63,423 nucleotides of DNA, filler included, from Octopus bimaculoides (GCF_001194135.2; 5 parts of 5 records of this genome joined end to end with filler, not necessarily neighbours in it); one strand, 5' to 3'. Shown: positions 13,508-25,432, counted from the whole stretch's first letter. Made by a program: numbers and translations. Notes: generated by a model from the sequence alone, not told the origin.

Positions 13508-13876
13508 TGTGGTAAGTAGCTTGCTTACGAACCACATGGTTCCGGGTTCAGCCCCACTGCGTGGCACCTTGGGCAAATGTCTTCTACTATAACCTCGGGC
13601 CAACCAAGCCTTGTGAGTGGATTTGGTAGACGGAAACTGAAAGAAGCCCGTCGTATATATGTATGCGTGTGTATGTGTTTGTGTCTGTGTTTGTACCCCA
13701 ACATCGTTTGACAACCGATGCTGGTGTGTTTACGTCCCCGTAACTTAGCAGTTTGGCAAAAGATACCGATAGAATAAGTACTAGGCTTACAAAGAATAAG
13801 TCCTGGGGTCGATTTGCTCGACTAAAGGCGGTGCTCCAGCATGGCCACAGTCAAATGACTGAAACAAGTAAAAAAG
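13508..13876 (+). mobile_element. SINE family A, gap-free reference copy (slightly 5'-truncated)
   Basis: Head, ACCTTGGGCAA block, short mixed TA/GT linker (about 13654-13700) and complete 3' half are contiguous. Confidence 0.92.
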
Positions 13877-13911
13877 TATACATACATACATACATACATA
13901 CGATGGTGGTT

Positions 13912-14352
13912 GGCACTCCGTCGCTTCCGACGTCGAGGGTTCCAGTTGATCCGATCAACGGAACAGCCTGCTCGTGAAATTAACGTGCAAGTGGCTCAGA
14001 GCTCTCGGGGATATTCAGCGTGACACAGATTGACAAGGCTGACCCTTTGAATTACAGGCACAACAGAAACAGGAAGTAAGAGTGAGAGAAAGTTGTGGTG
14101 GAAGAGTACAGCAGGGTTCGCCACCATCCCCTGCCGGAGCCTCGTGGAGCTTTGGGTGTTTTTGCTCAATAAACACTCNNNNNNNNNNGGTGGAAGAGTA
14201 CAGCAGGGTTCGCCACCATCCCCTGCCGGAGCCTCGTGGAGCTTTGGGTGTTTTTGCTCAATAAACACTCACAACGCCCGGTCTGGAAATCGAAACCGCG
14301 ATCCTATGACCGCGAGTCCGCTGCCCTAACCACTGGGCTATTGCGCCTCCAC
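13912..14352 (-). mobile_element. tRNA-derived SINE family C
   Basis: Head GTGGAGGCGCAATAGCCCAGTGG (A box) and GTTTCGATTTCC (B box); tail CCCTCGACGTCGGAAGCGACGGAGTGCC; an 82-nt duplicate flanks the 10-N gap. Confidence 0.85.
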
Positions 14353-14479
14353 TATACATACATACATATGCAAACTTTCATATGCGTACATGACACGCAT
14401 TGTCTCCACCTTCACCTAGTTTCTTATCCTTATCGCCACTGGAGTCATCCTAGTTGATGTAGTTAAGTGTCGCCTGCCC

Positions 14480-14485
14480 TATTTT

Positions 14486-14538
<53 letters not shown>

Positions 14539-14545
14539 GCTGCTG

Positions 14546-14583
<38 letters not shown>

Positions 14584-14607
14584 ACTACTACTACTACTAC
14601 TACTGCC
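14480..14607. repeat. Compound (ACT)n(GCT)n(ACT)n trinucleotide repeat
   Basis: Direct reading. Confidence 0.95.
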
Positions 14608-14647
14608 ATCATTAACTATACACTGTACTTATGTTTTAAAAAAGTTT

Positions 14648-14959
14648 AGTACTTATTCTATCGGTATCTTTTGCTGAAATGCGAAATGAGGTCGTAAACA
14701 AACCAACGCCGTCTATCAAATGGTGTGAATGGGACAAATACACACACACACACACACACATATATATACGCACACACAGCAACAACAACACAATAGGTTT
14801 CCACACAGCTTTTGTCTGCCAAAACCACTCACTAGGCTGCTGGATGAATCGGGGGGCGATAGTAGAAGATACTTGCCCAAGGTGCCACACAGTGGCAGTG
14901 AACCCGAAATCCCCTGGTTGCAAAGCGAGCTTCTTAACCACACAGCCATACCTGTGCCT
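14648..14959 (-). mobile_element. Diverged SINE family A copy
   Basis: Reverse complement of head, CACCTTGGGCAAGT block, (CA)n linker and GATAGAATAAGTACT block. Confidence 0.75.
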
Positions 14960-15009
14960 ATCTAGAATTACATTACGCAATGTATAATTTTTAAAAAGAA
15001 AGACGTTTG

Positions 15010-15520
15010 TATGTGGTTTAACGGATTTTGGCTATTATTTCTAGTAGATCATTAAGGCAGTAAGTTGGAGAAATGCTTAGCGGTATATCGTCCGTCTTTA
15101 TGTTCTGAGTTCAAATTCCCCCGAGGTTGACTTTGCCTTTCATCTAATCGGGGTCGATAAAATAAATATCATTTGAGCACTGGGGTCGATGTAATCGATT
15201 ATCCCCTTTCTCCAAATTTCAGATTTTGTACCTTTAGGAGAAATGTTTGTTTCTAGTAGATCTAGCGCCCATGTAGAGGTTCTGTCCTCAGCTCGAAAAT
15301 CCTACAAACACAGCTGTTAGTTTTGTTTTAGGTGTTATTGTCATTTGACCCCGGCTCAACCTTATGAAAGACATTCCAGTCGAGACCACCCGTCTATTTG
15401 CATAGCCATAACTACATTGAATAATGTTCTTGTATAATGTCCTTGTATAATGTTCTTTGTTAAGAAGGCACTGTGTGATTTGAGGGACATTTGGCGGCTA
15501 CTTTTAGCAGTAGTTCTTAA
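15010..15520 (+). repeat. Family D repeat fragments, the first interrupted by a family B SINE
   Basis: GGCTATTATTTCTAGTAGATC resumes after the SINE as TTTCTAGTAGATCTAGCGCCCATGTAGAGG; a second copy lies at about 15335-15520. Confidence 0.55.
15055..15249 (+). mobile_element. SINE family B with 13-bp target-site duplication
   Basis: TTTCTAGTAGATC at 15038-15050 and 15250-15262. Confidence 0.8.
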
Positions 15521-15651
15521 CCATTTTTTTGCCTACGGAACCCTATGATCCCTGTTTCCCTTGAATGGACCCTTAAAAACCATTCATTGTACCTAAAAAA
15601 AAAAACCTCTTATATTTTTCTAATTAAATACTATTAGGAATTGTATAAAAA

Positions 15652-15863
15652 GGCGGCGAGCTGGCAGAGTCGTTAGCACGCCGGGCGAAATGCTTATAGG
15701 TAATTCGTCTGCCTTCATGTTCTGAGTTCAAATCCCACCGTGGTTCACTTTGCTTTTCATCCTTTCAGAATCGATAAATTAGGTACAAGTTACACACCGG
15801 GGTCGAGTGATCGACTAGTCCCCTCCCCAAAATTTTAGGTCTTGTACCTATAGTAGAAAGGAT
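15652..15863 (+). mobile_element. SINE family B, full length, with about 19-bp target-site duplication
   Basis: GGCGGCGAGCTGGCAGAG head, B box GAGTTCAAATCC, tail GTAGAAAGGATT; flanks TATTAGGAATTGTATAAAA (15632-15650) and TATTAAGAATTGTATAAAA (15864-15882). Confidence 0.9.
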
Positions 15864-15926
15864 TATTAAGAATTGTATAAAATGAAATTGTTAAAATATT
15901 TTATTTATTGTAGAAATATTCAAACT

Positions 15927-16192
15927 GGCACTCCGTCAGTTACGACGACGAGGGATCCAGTTGATTCAATCAACAGAATAGCCTGCTCGTGAAATTAACT
16001 CCAAAGACACGCATACTCTTAAGGTAGTTTTCAGAGAGATTCAGCGTGACACAGGATGTGACAAGGTTGGCCCTGTTGAATTACAGCTACAACCCATTTT
16101 TGCCATCTGAGTGGTTTGGAGCAACGTGAAGTAAAGAGTCTTGCTCAAGGACACAACGCGCCGCCGGGAATCGAACTTACGACCCTATGATC
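15927..16192 (-). mobile_element. SINE family C variant (alternative head), 5'-truncated
   Basis: Same tail as 13912 copy; head GTTCGATTCCCGGCGGCG followed by CCTTGAGCAAGAC. Confidence 0.8.
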
Positions 16193-16738
16193 AACAGTCA
16201 TCTGCTCGTCAGGTTAACGGGAAAACGGCTGAGTACTCCACAGACACATGTACCCTTAACGTAGTTCTGAGGGAGATTCAAGGATAACAGTCTGCTTGTG
16301 AAATTAATGCTCAAGTGGCTGAGTACTCCACAAATACGTGTACCCTTGACGTAGTTCTGATGGAGATTCAGGGATAACAGCCTGCTTGTAAAATTAATGT
16401 GCAAGTGACTGAGTACTCCGCAGACATGTGTACCCTTAACGTAGTTCTGATGGAGATTCAAGGATAACAACCTCCTCTTGAAATTAGCGTGCAAGTGGCT
16501 GAGTATTCCAGAGACACGTGTACCCTTAACGTAGTTCTGAGGGAGACTCAGCGTGACACAGAGTGTACCTTGCTATCATGTTCTTTCGAAAACAGGTACA
16601 ACTCATATTTACCAGGTGAATGGACTGGAGCAACGTGAAATGAAATGCCTTGCTCAAGAACAATATGCGCCGCTGGGAATCGAACTCACGACTTTTCGAT
16701 CGTGAGCCGAATACCTTAACCACTAAACCACGTGCCTT
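16193..16738 (-). mobile_element. SINE family C variant with internal tandem amplification
   Basis: A box TGGTTTAGTGG and B box GTTCGATTCCC at about 16670-16730; body repeated four times. Confidence 0.8.
16196..16550. repeat. 4 x 90-bp tandem repeat derived from the SINE C body
   Basis: GAGTA(C/T)TCC anchors at 16231, 16321, 16411 and 16501. Confidence 0.95.
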
Positions 16739-16859
16739 GTAGAAATATAATCAGTTCACTGCACATAAAATTTAACAACAAAATTTTATATGGACCTCTA
16801 AGGGTCGCAGGAATCCCGGTTGAGTACTACTGATCTGGAACATCCCGCCGTTGCCTTGT

Positions 16860-17035
16860 ACTTGTAGCTGTTCTTATTTAGCCCCTAAAAAGCTTCCATC
16901 CATGACAACCCCACCTTTCTAGCGATATCTAATACTATTTTATCCAAATTGTACTTTCCTTACTTTAACCGTTAGTGTGTGATTTGAAGATGGTTTGGTT
17001 GTTATTTCTAGCAGGTTTTATGACCACATAGTAAG
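16860..17035 (+). repeat. Family D repeat, diverged
   Basis: GTGTGATTTGAAGATGGTTTGGTTGTTATTTCTAGCAGG motif. Confidence 0.5.
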
Positions 17036-17457
17036 CGGCTCGTGTTGTTGTTATTGTTTGCTCTCGTGGTCGCCATCGTCGCTATTGCTGTCAGTGTTGT
17101 TGTTGTTGTTGTTGTTGTTGTTTCTGTTGTTGATGTTATTGTCACTGACGTGTTCATATTATACAAGAATCTCGGTAAAAAGGTCAAGCCGAGCAGAAGG
17201 TCTGGTGACACAGTGTCTGCCCCTCTTCTTCTTGCAGAACATTCAAGGTGACCGTTAAGATTTCTCTAGAAAAACTGACGTTTCTGATGTTCTGTGTGTG
17301 TGTGTGTGTGTGTGTGGGCGTGCGTGTGTGTGCGTGTGTGTGTGTGTGTGTGTGTGCGTGTGTGTGTGTGTGTTCGTGTATGTACGTATGCGTAAAACAA
17401 TAATGCCTGTATTGAGTTCTCTCTTAAATGTAGCAGTACTGAATAATCCTACTTTCA

Positions 17458-17504
<47 letters not shown>

Positions 17505-17507
17505 ATA

Positions 17508-17564
<57 letters not shown>

Positions 17565-17659
17565 TTGTCTCTCTATATGCCTCCCTATCTTTATCTATTT
17601 CATTATTCATGTGTGTGCGTATGTGTGTGTGTTTGTGCCTGTCTCTCTCTGTCCGACAC

Positions 17660-17731
<72 letters not shown>

Positions 17732-17903
17732 TCTACCTATCTATCTATCTACCTACCTAGCTGAGTAAGAGAGCAAAATAACAAATTATATAAGAATTTC
17801 AAGCACCAATATAGGACAGCAAACTCTTTAATGCTAATTTGAAAATACCTACCTACCTACCTACCTACCTACCTACCTACCTACCCTACCTACCTACTTA
17901 CCC

Positions 17904-17949
<46 letters not shown>

Positions 17950-18366
17950 AAATGTATGTTTATAAATGAAAGAGGCACTCAATACTTACTGTAAAGCGTC
18001 TGTCGGTTTCGATAGTTTATATTTTGTTGTTCCCGAAACCGATCTCCTTACTAATTGAATCAGCCTATCGGCGGCTGAATTCGTGTGATACAGTATGACA
18101 ATATTGGGCTTTCAAATTATGGGTAGAACCTACCCGACGGGCTTCCATACAGTTTCTATCAACTCATTTCCACCTACAAAAATTGGGCCGAGACGAGATT
18201 ATGGTAAAAGCACTTAATCTTGATGCCATGTTGTGGGATCGTACATGGGGCCTTGTGGTTGCGAAGTGAACTTCTTATCCTTTCTGGTTTTCTGCACCCA
18301 TAGAAGATGTAAAGTTCATATTTATGATGATTTATTCCGTTATCAATCCGGCTTCATGTACAATAA

Positions 18367-18740
18367 GTGGAGGCATAGCTGGATGGTAAGAAGTCTGCTT
18401 CCCAATCACATGGCTTTGGGTTCAGTCCCACTGGGTGGCAGCTTAGGCCCGTGTCTTCTGCTATAGCCCCAAGGTGACCAAGGGACTGTGAGTGGTATAT
18501 TTGTGTATACCTAAGTTTGTGTACCTTTCCGTTTGTGTTTATCCCGTACTACCGCTTGACAACTAGTGTGGGTTTGTCTACGTCACTGTAAATTAGCGGT
18601 TCAGCAAAAAGAGACCGATCGAATGAGTATAAGATTTGATAAAAAAGAAAAGTATCAGGACAGATTTGTTTGACTAAACCCGTTAACACGTTGCCCCAGC
18701 ATGACCACAATCTAATGGCTCAACGAGTAAAAGGTAAAAG
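18367..18740 (+). mobile_element. Diverged SINE family A copy
   Basis: GGTTCAGTCCCACTG head, CGCTTGACAAC block, tail GAGTAAAAGGTAAAAG. Confidence 0.75.
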
Positions 18741-18810
18741 AAATATAGATTGGACATTATATTTGGTAATATATTAATATGTCGGTAACTTACCGGCTGA
18801 GTTTCTCCTC

Positions 18811-18911
18811 GGGTTTTGAGACGTTGTGGCGCAGCTGTTTTGTCGGTGTTTATTTGGCGTTGCTGAGTCGACGCTGACATATGTTACACATCAGACGTTT
18901 TAATGCTTCTC
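18811..18911 (+). repeat. Left arm of a long inverted repeat
   Basis: Roughly 75-80% identical by eye to the reverse complement of 20715-20794 plus 20033-20048. Confidence 0.75.
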
Positions 18912-18976
18912 TTATTTTGAAGTTTTTCTTGTCCCTCCGTCCCTCTCCCCCTTTCTCTTTTTTTAATCCATTCGCG

Positions 18977-19370
18977 TCAACATTTCCGCTCGTGGCAGGA
19001 TGCGCACCAAACATGAGATAGCTGCCTCCATAGTATCTGATTCTTCGCAAGAGCATTCAGGGATAATATGTCAGGACCTGTCCATGCTGTGATGTTGTCT
19101 CCATCTCTAGCCGACCCCTGTTTCTCTTTCCGTTAATCACACTTTCCAAAACAGATCGTTCTGGCGCCACAAACCATTTGCTTAGTGTGGTCAAGTAGTT
19201 TGAGTCCTTATTTTTGATGACAGAGGAGATTGGTGTAATTTGCTTATTTTTCGTAGATCTTCAATTCCGATATGGTTTTAGATTTTGGCGTTAGTAATAA
19301 GTCGCATTACATGATTCTGAATGCTTCTAGTTTCTGTATTTACTACTTGATCAAATTTAGCCTGTCATGG
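18977..19370 (-). mobile_element. RTE-clade LINE ORF C-terminal fragment, degraded
   Basis: With frameshifts: KLEAF..; LESVINGKRNRGR; RW.DNITAWTG..L..LAKNQILWRQL, matching the RTE G.I.GKR.RGR..RW.DNI..W motif. Confidence 0.7.
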
Positions 19371-19702
19371 TAGTAATGCATTTAAAATGTTCTTCTCGTA
19401 ATATAAATCACTTGTATCATACGTTTGAAAGATTAAAAAAAAAAGATAACAGGAAGACTCGACAACAGAGCAGTGTGTTAGTCTGAAGTTTGTGTGATTT
19501 ATTACAACATTGGCTCTTCGACTGTGTATGGCCAAAAAAAAAAATACACAGAATGAGACGATCTGGCGTAGCTGCTTGGACGATGACGATTGTGCGCGGT
19601 TGAGAGGAAAGTTACCTATTTTGGTGACAGTACTTTTTAGTACTGGAGGTAAACACATACGCGCGCGTAGAAATATGCATATAGAAAGAGTGAGAGAGAA
19701 AG

Positions 19703-19768
<66 letters not shown>

Positions 19769-19981
19769 NNNNNNNNNNNNNNNNNNNNNNNNNNNNNNNN
19801 NNNNNNNNNNNNNNNNNNNNNNNNNNNNNNNNNNNNNNNNNNNNNNNNNNNNNNNNNNNNNNNNNNNNNNNNNNNNNNNNNNNNNNNNNNNNNNNNNNNN
19901 NNNNNNNNNNNNNNNNNNNNNNNNNNNNNNNNNNNNNNNNNNNNNNNNNNNNNNNNNNNNNNNNNNNNNNNNNNNNNNNNN

Positions 19982-20015
<34 letters not shown>

Positions 20016-20049
20016 TAGGGGAAAGAGAACGAGAGAAGCATTAAAACGA

Positions 20050-20670
20050 GACAAACGCCTACTGCAACTGGCAGCAGAATGGGAGAACACTCGGATGTGT
20101 GAGCCGAGGTAGGTGACGCAACTGAGAAAGGATCCGAACACGGGGGACATTGTTGGTAACTTTAGGCCGGTAACTCTGCTAAATACAGATTACAACATTT
20201 TGGTCAAGGTCTTAGCAAAGACGTTGGCGCTTGTCGTTGACAGACTGGTGGGTGATGCGCAGACTTGCGCCATCCCCATCAGAACTATACCCGACAACCC
20301 CACCTCACGCAATACATCATAGAGTGGGTTGGTAAAGAACCTGGCATAGGTGGGGCTCTGACCCATTTGGATCAATCGAAAGCTTTTGATAGGGTCGACT
20401 ATCTATGCGTGAAGGCTGTCCTCAAGGCGGTTAGTTTCGGTCCCGTTTTCAGAGGCTGGATTGCTGCAACGTACAGTGACATCTGTTCGGTAGTCAAAGT
20501 AAATGGCCACCTCTCGGAATCGTTTAGTATCCCACATTCGGTCTGTCAAGGATGCCCATTCTCACCCTTCCTCTACGTACTGGCGCTCGTGCCATTACTG
20601 AGGAAGCTGGTCGTTTCGAGGAGCATTCTGCATGAACTGGGATGCGGAAGGTTCGTGTCAGCATATGCAG
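20050..20670 (+). mobile_element. Tx1/L1-clade reverse transcriptase fragment, pseudogenised
   Basis: NFRPVTLLNTDYNILVKVLA, AQTCAIP.RTIPDN, LDQSKAFDRVD, VNGHLSESF, VCQGCPFSP, SAYA (DD lost); frameshifts. Confidence 0.92.
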
Positions 20671-20714
20671 TCAACCGGTCTGCAGCTCGGCACTTGGAGA
20701 GGCGGGCGCATACC

Positions 20715-20794
20715 TGATGTCAAATAAGTCAGCGTCGAATCAGCGACGCCAAATAGGCGGCGTCAAAACGGCTATGGCAAAACATCTCACACCC
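20715..20794 (-). repeat. Right arm of the long inverted repeat
   Basis: Ends CAAAACATCTCACACCC; mirrors 18811-18893. Confidence 0.75.
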
Positions 20795-21348
20795 TAAAGA
20801 AAAGGAACGAAAAATTAAAACTTCAAATCCATCAGTTTTTACTCACTCAGATATGCTATCACAATTTCTTGAAGAAGATATTGTGCCAGTTTTACAATAA
20901 TCTCCCAGTATTGCAGTTAGTTTTCAAGAGCAAGGTTTCGTGTTAGATCTGGTACAAAAATTTTTCCCTTCATATTCAGACTTTACCTTAAGTATAAGTC
21001 GTTACACAGTTTTTTTTGAGTCACGATCAAGAATAAAATAGGTTGATTTAAATATGAGTGAATACGGTAACACTTCTTAACTACGAATTCCAGCTGTTTC
21101 CTTTGGAAGCATTAGTCAAAGACTTCGCTACATAATTTAACATAGTCATTGCACATCTACATCTCTTTATTTTACCTGCTCTTCAATAAAATTTCAAGTA
21201 GCTTTTCATTTAATGTCTCATATTACAGTTTTTAACTAACTTCTATTGATATACAAGGTGTTTAAAAACCAAGGATGAGGTGTTCAGCCGTGGGGCAATA
21301 TACATGTGCTAATCTAACAATTGTGTGCGTATATATGTGTGTGTGAAT

Positions 21349-21440
<92 letters not shown>

Positions 21441-22224
21441 CTGTGTATGCATTAAGAGTAATATTAGTTATATGTCTGTGTGTGACCTGCGGTCACCTCT
21501 TCCTTTCTCCCTTCGGCCAGGATAAAAGCAAGACGAACAACTATCTCTCTCCGCTCAAGTTCGTCACATCACAGCGTTCGGAATCTCATCCCGTTCGGCT
21601 TAACGGCCCTTAACGTTGTTTTCACTGTTTAATTTTTCCTGTCTTGGTTTTTGTTTGCTACTTTGGAATCCTCTGCTTAGCAGGTTAATCCACTTCGCGG
21701 GAAGAGCTTTTTTAAGAGCGCGTTCTGCCTCATCTTCGAAACGCCTAGTTTAGAATAGAGGCAGCTGATGAAGGAAAAGTTCCATAAGTGGCTCGTCTGT
21801 TTTCCTATGTGTTCAGTCTGTTGTCCGTAAAAAAGTCCGTTTTTTGTGCTTTGTTTATGTTCCCGTTCCTTTTTGTCCACGTTTTCTGACGTCCTGTACC
21901 CAGATATGCATCTATATATACATGTAGATGTAGGTATGTACATACATGTACGTATATACGCATATATTCATATATCATTTGTATTATATATATGTATATN
22001 NNNNNNNNNNNNNNNNNNNNNNNNNNNNNNNNNNNNNNNNNNNNNNNNNNNNNNNNNNNNNNNNNNNNNNNNNNNNNNNNNNNNNNNNNNNNNNNNNNNN
22101 NNNNNNNNNNNNNNNNNNNNNNNNNNNNNNNNNNNNNNNNNNNNNNNNNNNNNNNNNNNNNNNNNNNNNATATATATCAAATAGCTGTCGGCCTTTGAAT
22201 TCCAAGCTATTGCAGTACCTGGTC

Positions 22225-23130
22225 CTCACTGTGTGGCGCCTTGGGCAAGCGACTTCTGCAATAGCTTCGGGCCAACCAAAGCCTTGTGAGTAGATTTGGT
22301 AGATGGAAACTGAAAGAAGCCCATCGTATATATGCGTGTGCGTATATATATATATATATGCGTGTGCGTATATATATATATGTGTGTGTGTGTATATATA
22401 CTTCAACTTATGATGAAAGTAAACAAAATCGGCTTTCGAAGCGTTGAGATGTATTGAAAGATACAGAAATAATTTATTCTCAAATGCATGATAATGCTAA
22501 TACAACAGCATGAATAGGATAAACTATCCATACATTGCATAAAAAATCGTTACCGGCCAGCCATGAGACTCGAACTCACATCCCTGTGATTACGCGTCAA
22601 GTGCTTGTATTAGCATTATTAGTATTAGCATTGTATTAGCATTATCATGCGATTGAGAATAGATTATTTCTGCATCTTTCAATACAACTCAACGCTTCTA
22701 AAGCCAACTTTTTTTTACTTTCAACGTCAGCGTCTTATAAAGCTAGATTTATAAATCCTAAAATTGCAGAACAATTCGTAGCTGGGCAGATTGGCTTAAA
22801 GACGCGTAACCACAGGGATGTGAGTTCGAGTCTCCTGGCTGGTCGGCAACGATTTTTTTTTCCTGCAATATTTGGATAGTTTATCCTGTTCATGCTATTG
22901 TATTATCGTGCGTTTGAGAATAAATTATATCTGGGTCTGGATTCGTCCCCCTGCCAGCGCTTGACAACAGATGTTAGTGTGTTTACGTCCCTGTAACTTA
23001 GCAGTTCGGCATAAGAGACCAGGCTTATAAAAGTAAGTACTGGGGTCAATATATTCAACTAAAGTTTCTTCAAGGCGGTACCCCAGCATGGTCGCAGTCT
23101 ACTTATTTAAATAAGTGAACGATAAAAGGT
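22225..23130 (+). mobile_element. SINE family A split by a 530-bp insert at its microsatellite linker
   Basis: 5' half 22225-22325 plus microsatellite to 22400; 3' half resumes about 22935 (CGCTTGACAAC..GTTTACGTCCCTGTAACTTAG). Confidence 0.75.
22405..22933. repeat. Fold-back tRNA-like repeat (three partial units, one inverted)
   Basis: 22405-22503 mirrors 22633-22730; 22454-22598 mirrors 22801-22933; tRNA-like GACGCGTAA(C/T)CACAGGGATGTGAGTTCGAGTCTC..GGC(T/C)GG followed by a T-run. Confidence 0.85.
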
Positions 23131-23708
23131 ATACATATATACACATTATACACTCATATATACACTCATCCATCCTTCTATGTGTCTGCATGTTTGAGTG
23201 TGTTTTTGAGCCATTTGAAGCCGGCTTGATAAAAAAAAAAAAAAAAAAAAAGCCGGCTGATAACATTATGCAAATGAAGAAATCAAAGCCCGCTAATTAC
23301 CTCAACAATTATCAGTTGACTTTATTATTCATGACTACAATAAACGGCTTAGGCCGGTGTCTCTCAGAAACGTCTGTGAATCTCCTCTCGCTCTGTCTCT
23401 TTCGCTCTGTGTCACTTTCACACACACTCTCTCTGTGTCTTTCTCAGTCTGTCTGTTTGTCTGTCTCTCTTCGTCGTTCTCTGTCTGTCTCCCCCCTCTG
23501 TCTCTGTCTGCCACTCTCTCTTCCTCGGTTTATCTATCTGTCTGTCTGTCTGCCTGTTCTCGTTTGTGTTTATGTCTTTTACTCTCTCTCTCTCTCTCTC
23601 TCATTCTCTCAGTTTGTCTGTCTGTCTGCTTGCCTGCCTGTCTGTCTGCCTCTCTCCTCCTCCTGCTCCTCCTCTCTCCTCTCTCTTCCTCTCTTTCTGT
23701 GCCTGTAG

Positions 23709-23751
23709 GTGCTGGCACGCGATGGAGCTGTACTTTGCTATCTGTTGCCGA
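23709..23751 (+). CDS. Candidate 43-nt exon of an unidentified gene
   Basis: Very long polypyrimidine tract ending ctgtgcctgtAG, perfect donor GTAAGT at 23752; unique sequence island between microsatellites; three frames open. Confidence 0.45.
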
Positions 23752-24116
23752 GTAAGTATTTGACGTCCGTGTTATCTTGAGAGAGAGGGAGAGACAGAGA
23801 GACAGAGAGACAGACAGACAGAGTACCGGTTCATTCTTGTCTGCGCCGTCTCCACAGCTCTCTACCCACCTCCGTCCGTCACTCCTCTTCCTCATTAAAC
23901 CCTAACCCTAACCCCCCTCCATACGCTACGTGCCCTTCCTAGCACAAGTAGTTCAGGGTTAAAGAAGCCGCCGATATTACAATGATCTGTTACAGCTTGT
24001 TACGTACACCAACCTCTTCAATCTCTGCTTTATCTACCATTGGCTTCTTTGCTTCATGTAACTGCGTGCATTGATCTCTGTACATGTCTGTCTGACTATT
24101 TGCCTGTCTGCCTGCC

Positions 24117-24169
<53 letters not shown>

Positions 24170-24322
24170 CAGGCTGTGTCTCTCACTCACTCACCCACTC
24201 ACTCACACTCTCTCTGTGCACGTGCGCACGTGTGTGTGTGAATATAGAGACTAGTAAATGCATGTGTTTGTGTCTATCNNNNNNNNNNNNNNNNNNNNNN
24301 NNNNNNNNNNNNNNNNNNNNNN

Positions 24323-24334
24323 TTAATTAATTAA
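24323..24334. other. Artificial scaffold linker TTAATTAATTAA
   Basis: Stops in all six frames; exactly 44 N on each side. Confidence 0.95.
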
Positions 24335-24433
24335 NNNNNNNNNNNNNNNNNNNNNNNNNNNNNNNNNNNNNNNNNNNNAGAAGAGGAAGAGGAAAAGAAA
24401 AAAATATGAAGAACAACAACATCAACAACAATA

Positions 24434-24550
<117 letters not shown>

Positions 24551-25401
24551 GTAATAGTAATGTTTTATTATAGTAATATTACAGTGACTATATCAGAATG
24601 AACATGTTTATGCTGATCCTATATATATACGATCGTTAATATATATCGTTAATATATGAATTGGTTTTAAGTAAGACCACCAGAATCTTGTGCCATATTA
24701 TAGCATAAGAAATATATGAATCAATGTAGATTCCTAATTCGCGGTCGTTCACACCGAAAGTATTAGTTGACATATTTTTCATTTCACTTCTTAAATGCAT
24801 TTCGAAAGTAGAATTGAGAAACCAATTTTTTTAGGCACCAAACCTGATAAAATATACGAAAATCAACTGGAAAGCATTTCTCGAATAATTCTGTTTCTGC
24901 TTTTAGATACTTATAAATATGATATCTCAGGAGACTCAAGATGTAAGGGTAGAGTGAACATTACTTAAAGTTTAAGTTAAGATTTAATACAGTGAATGTG
25001 AGACGTTGATACAGGAACGACTGACCATAAGTGATTATACTCAGTTAAATATCAGTTTTGTCGTTTCAAGTAAACAAGCCTATCATGCGATAAGGTTAAA
25101 ATAAATTAATTGTTGTTATGATATATACAAATACACAAACAGATTCACATATACGTATATGTACGTGTATATGTGTATACATAACCTCACCACTTCACAC
25201 ACACACACACACACCCACACACAGACACACACACACATATATATATGAGTGTATACATGTATATGCGTGTGTGTCTATGTATAATATATATATATGTATA
25301 TATATATATATATGTGTGTGTATATATATATATATATATATGTATACTATATATGTATATATGTATATATATATACGTATATATTTAATACATATATATG
25401 T

Positions 25402-25432
<31 letters not shown>

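Noticed and set aside
14097-14270. 82-bp exact direct repeat
   Set aside because: Identical copies flank a 10-N gap: contig overlap artefact.
18003-18078. Two small hairpins (TCGGTTTCG/CGAAACCGA and TCAGCC/GGCTGA)
   Set aside because: Short, no ribozyme core, no Helitron-type CTRR end; compatible with chance.
21530-21613. Possible terminal exon DKSKTNNYLSPLKFVTSQRSESHPVRLNGP*
   Set aside because: Acceptor is plausible but there is no homology or other support.
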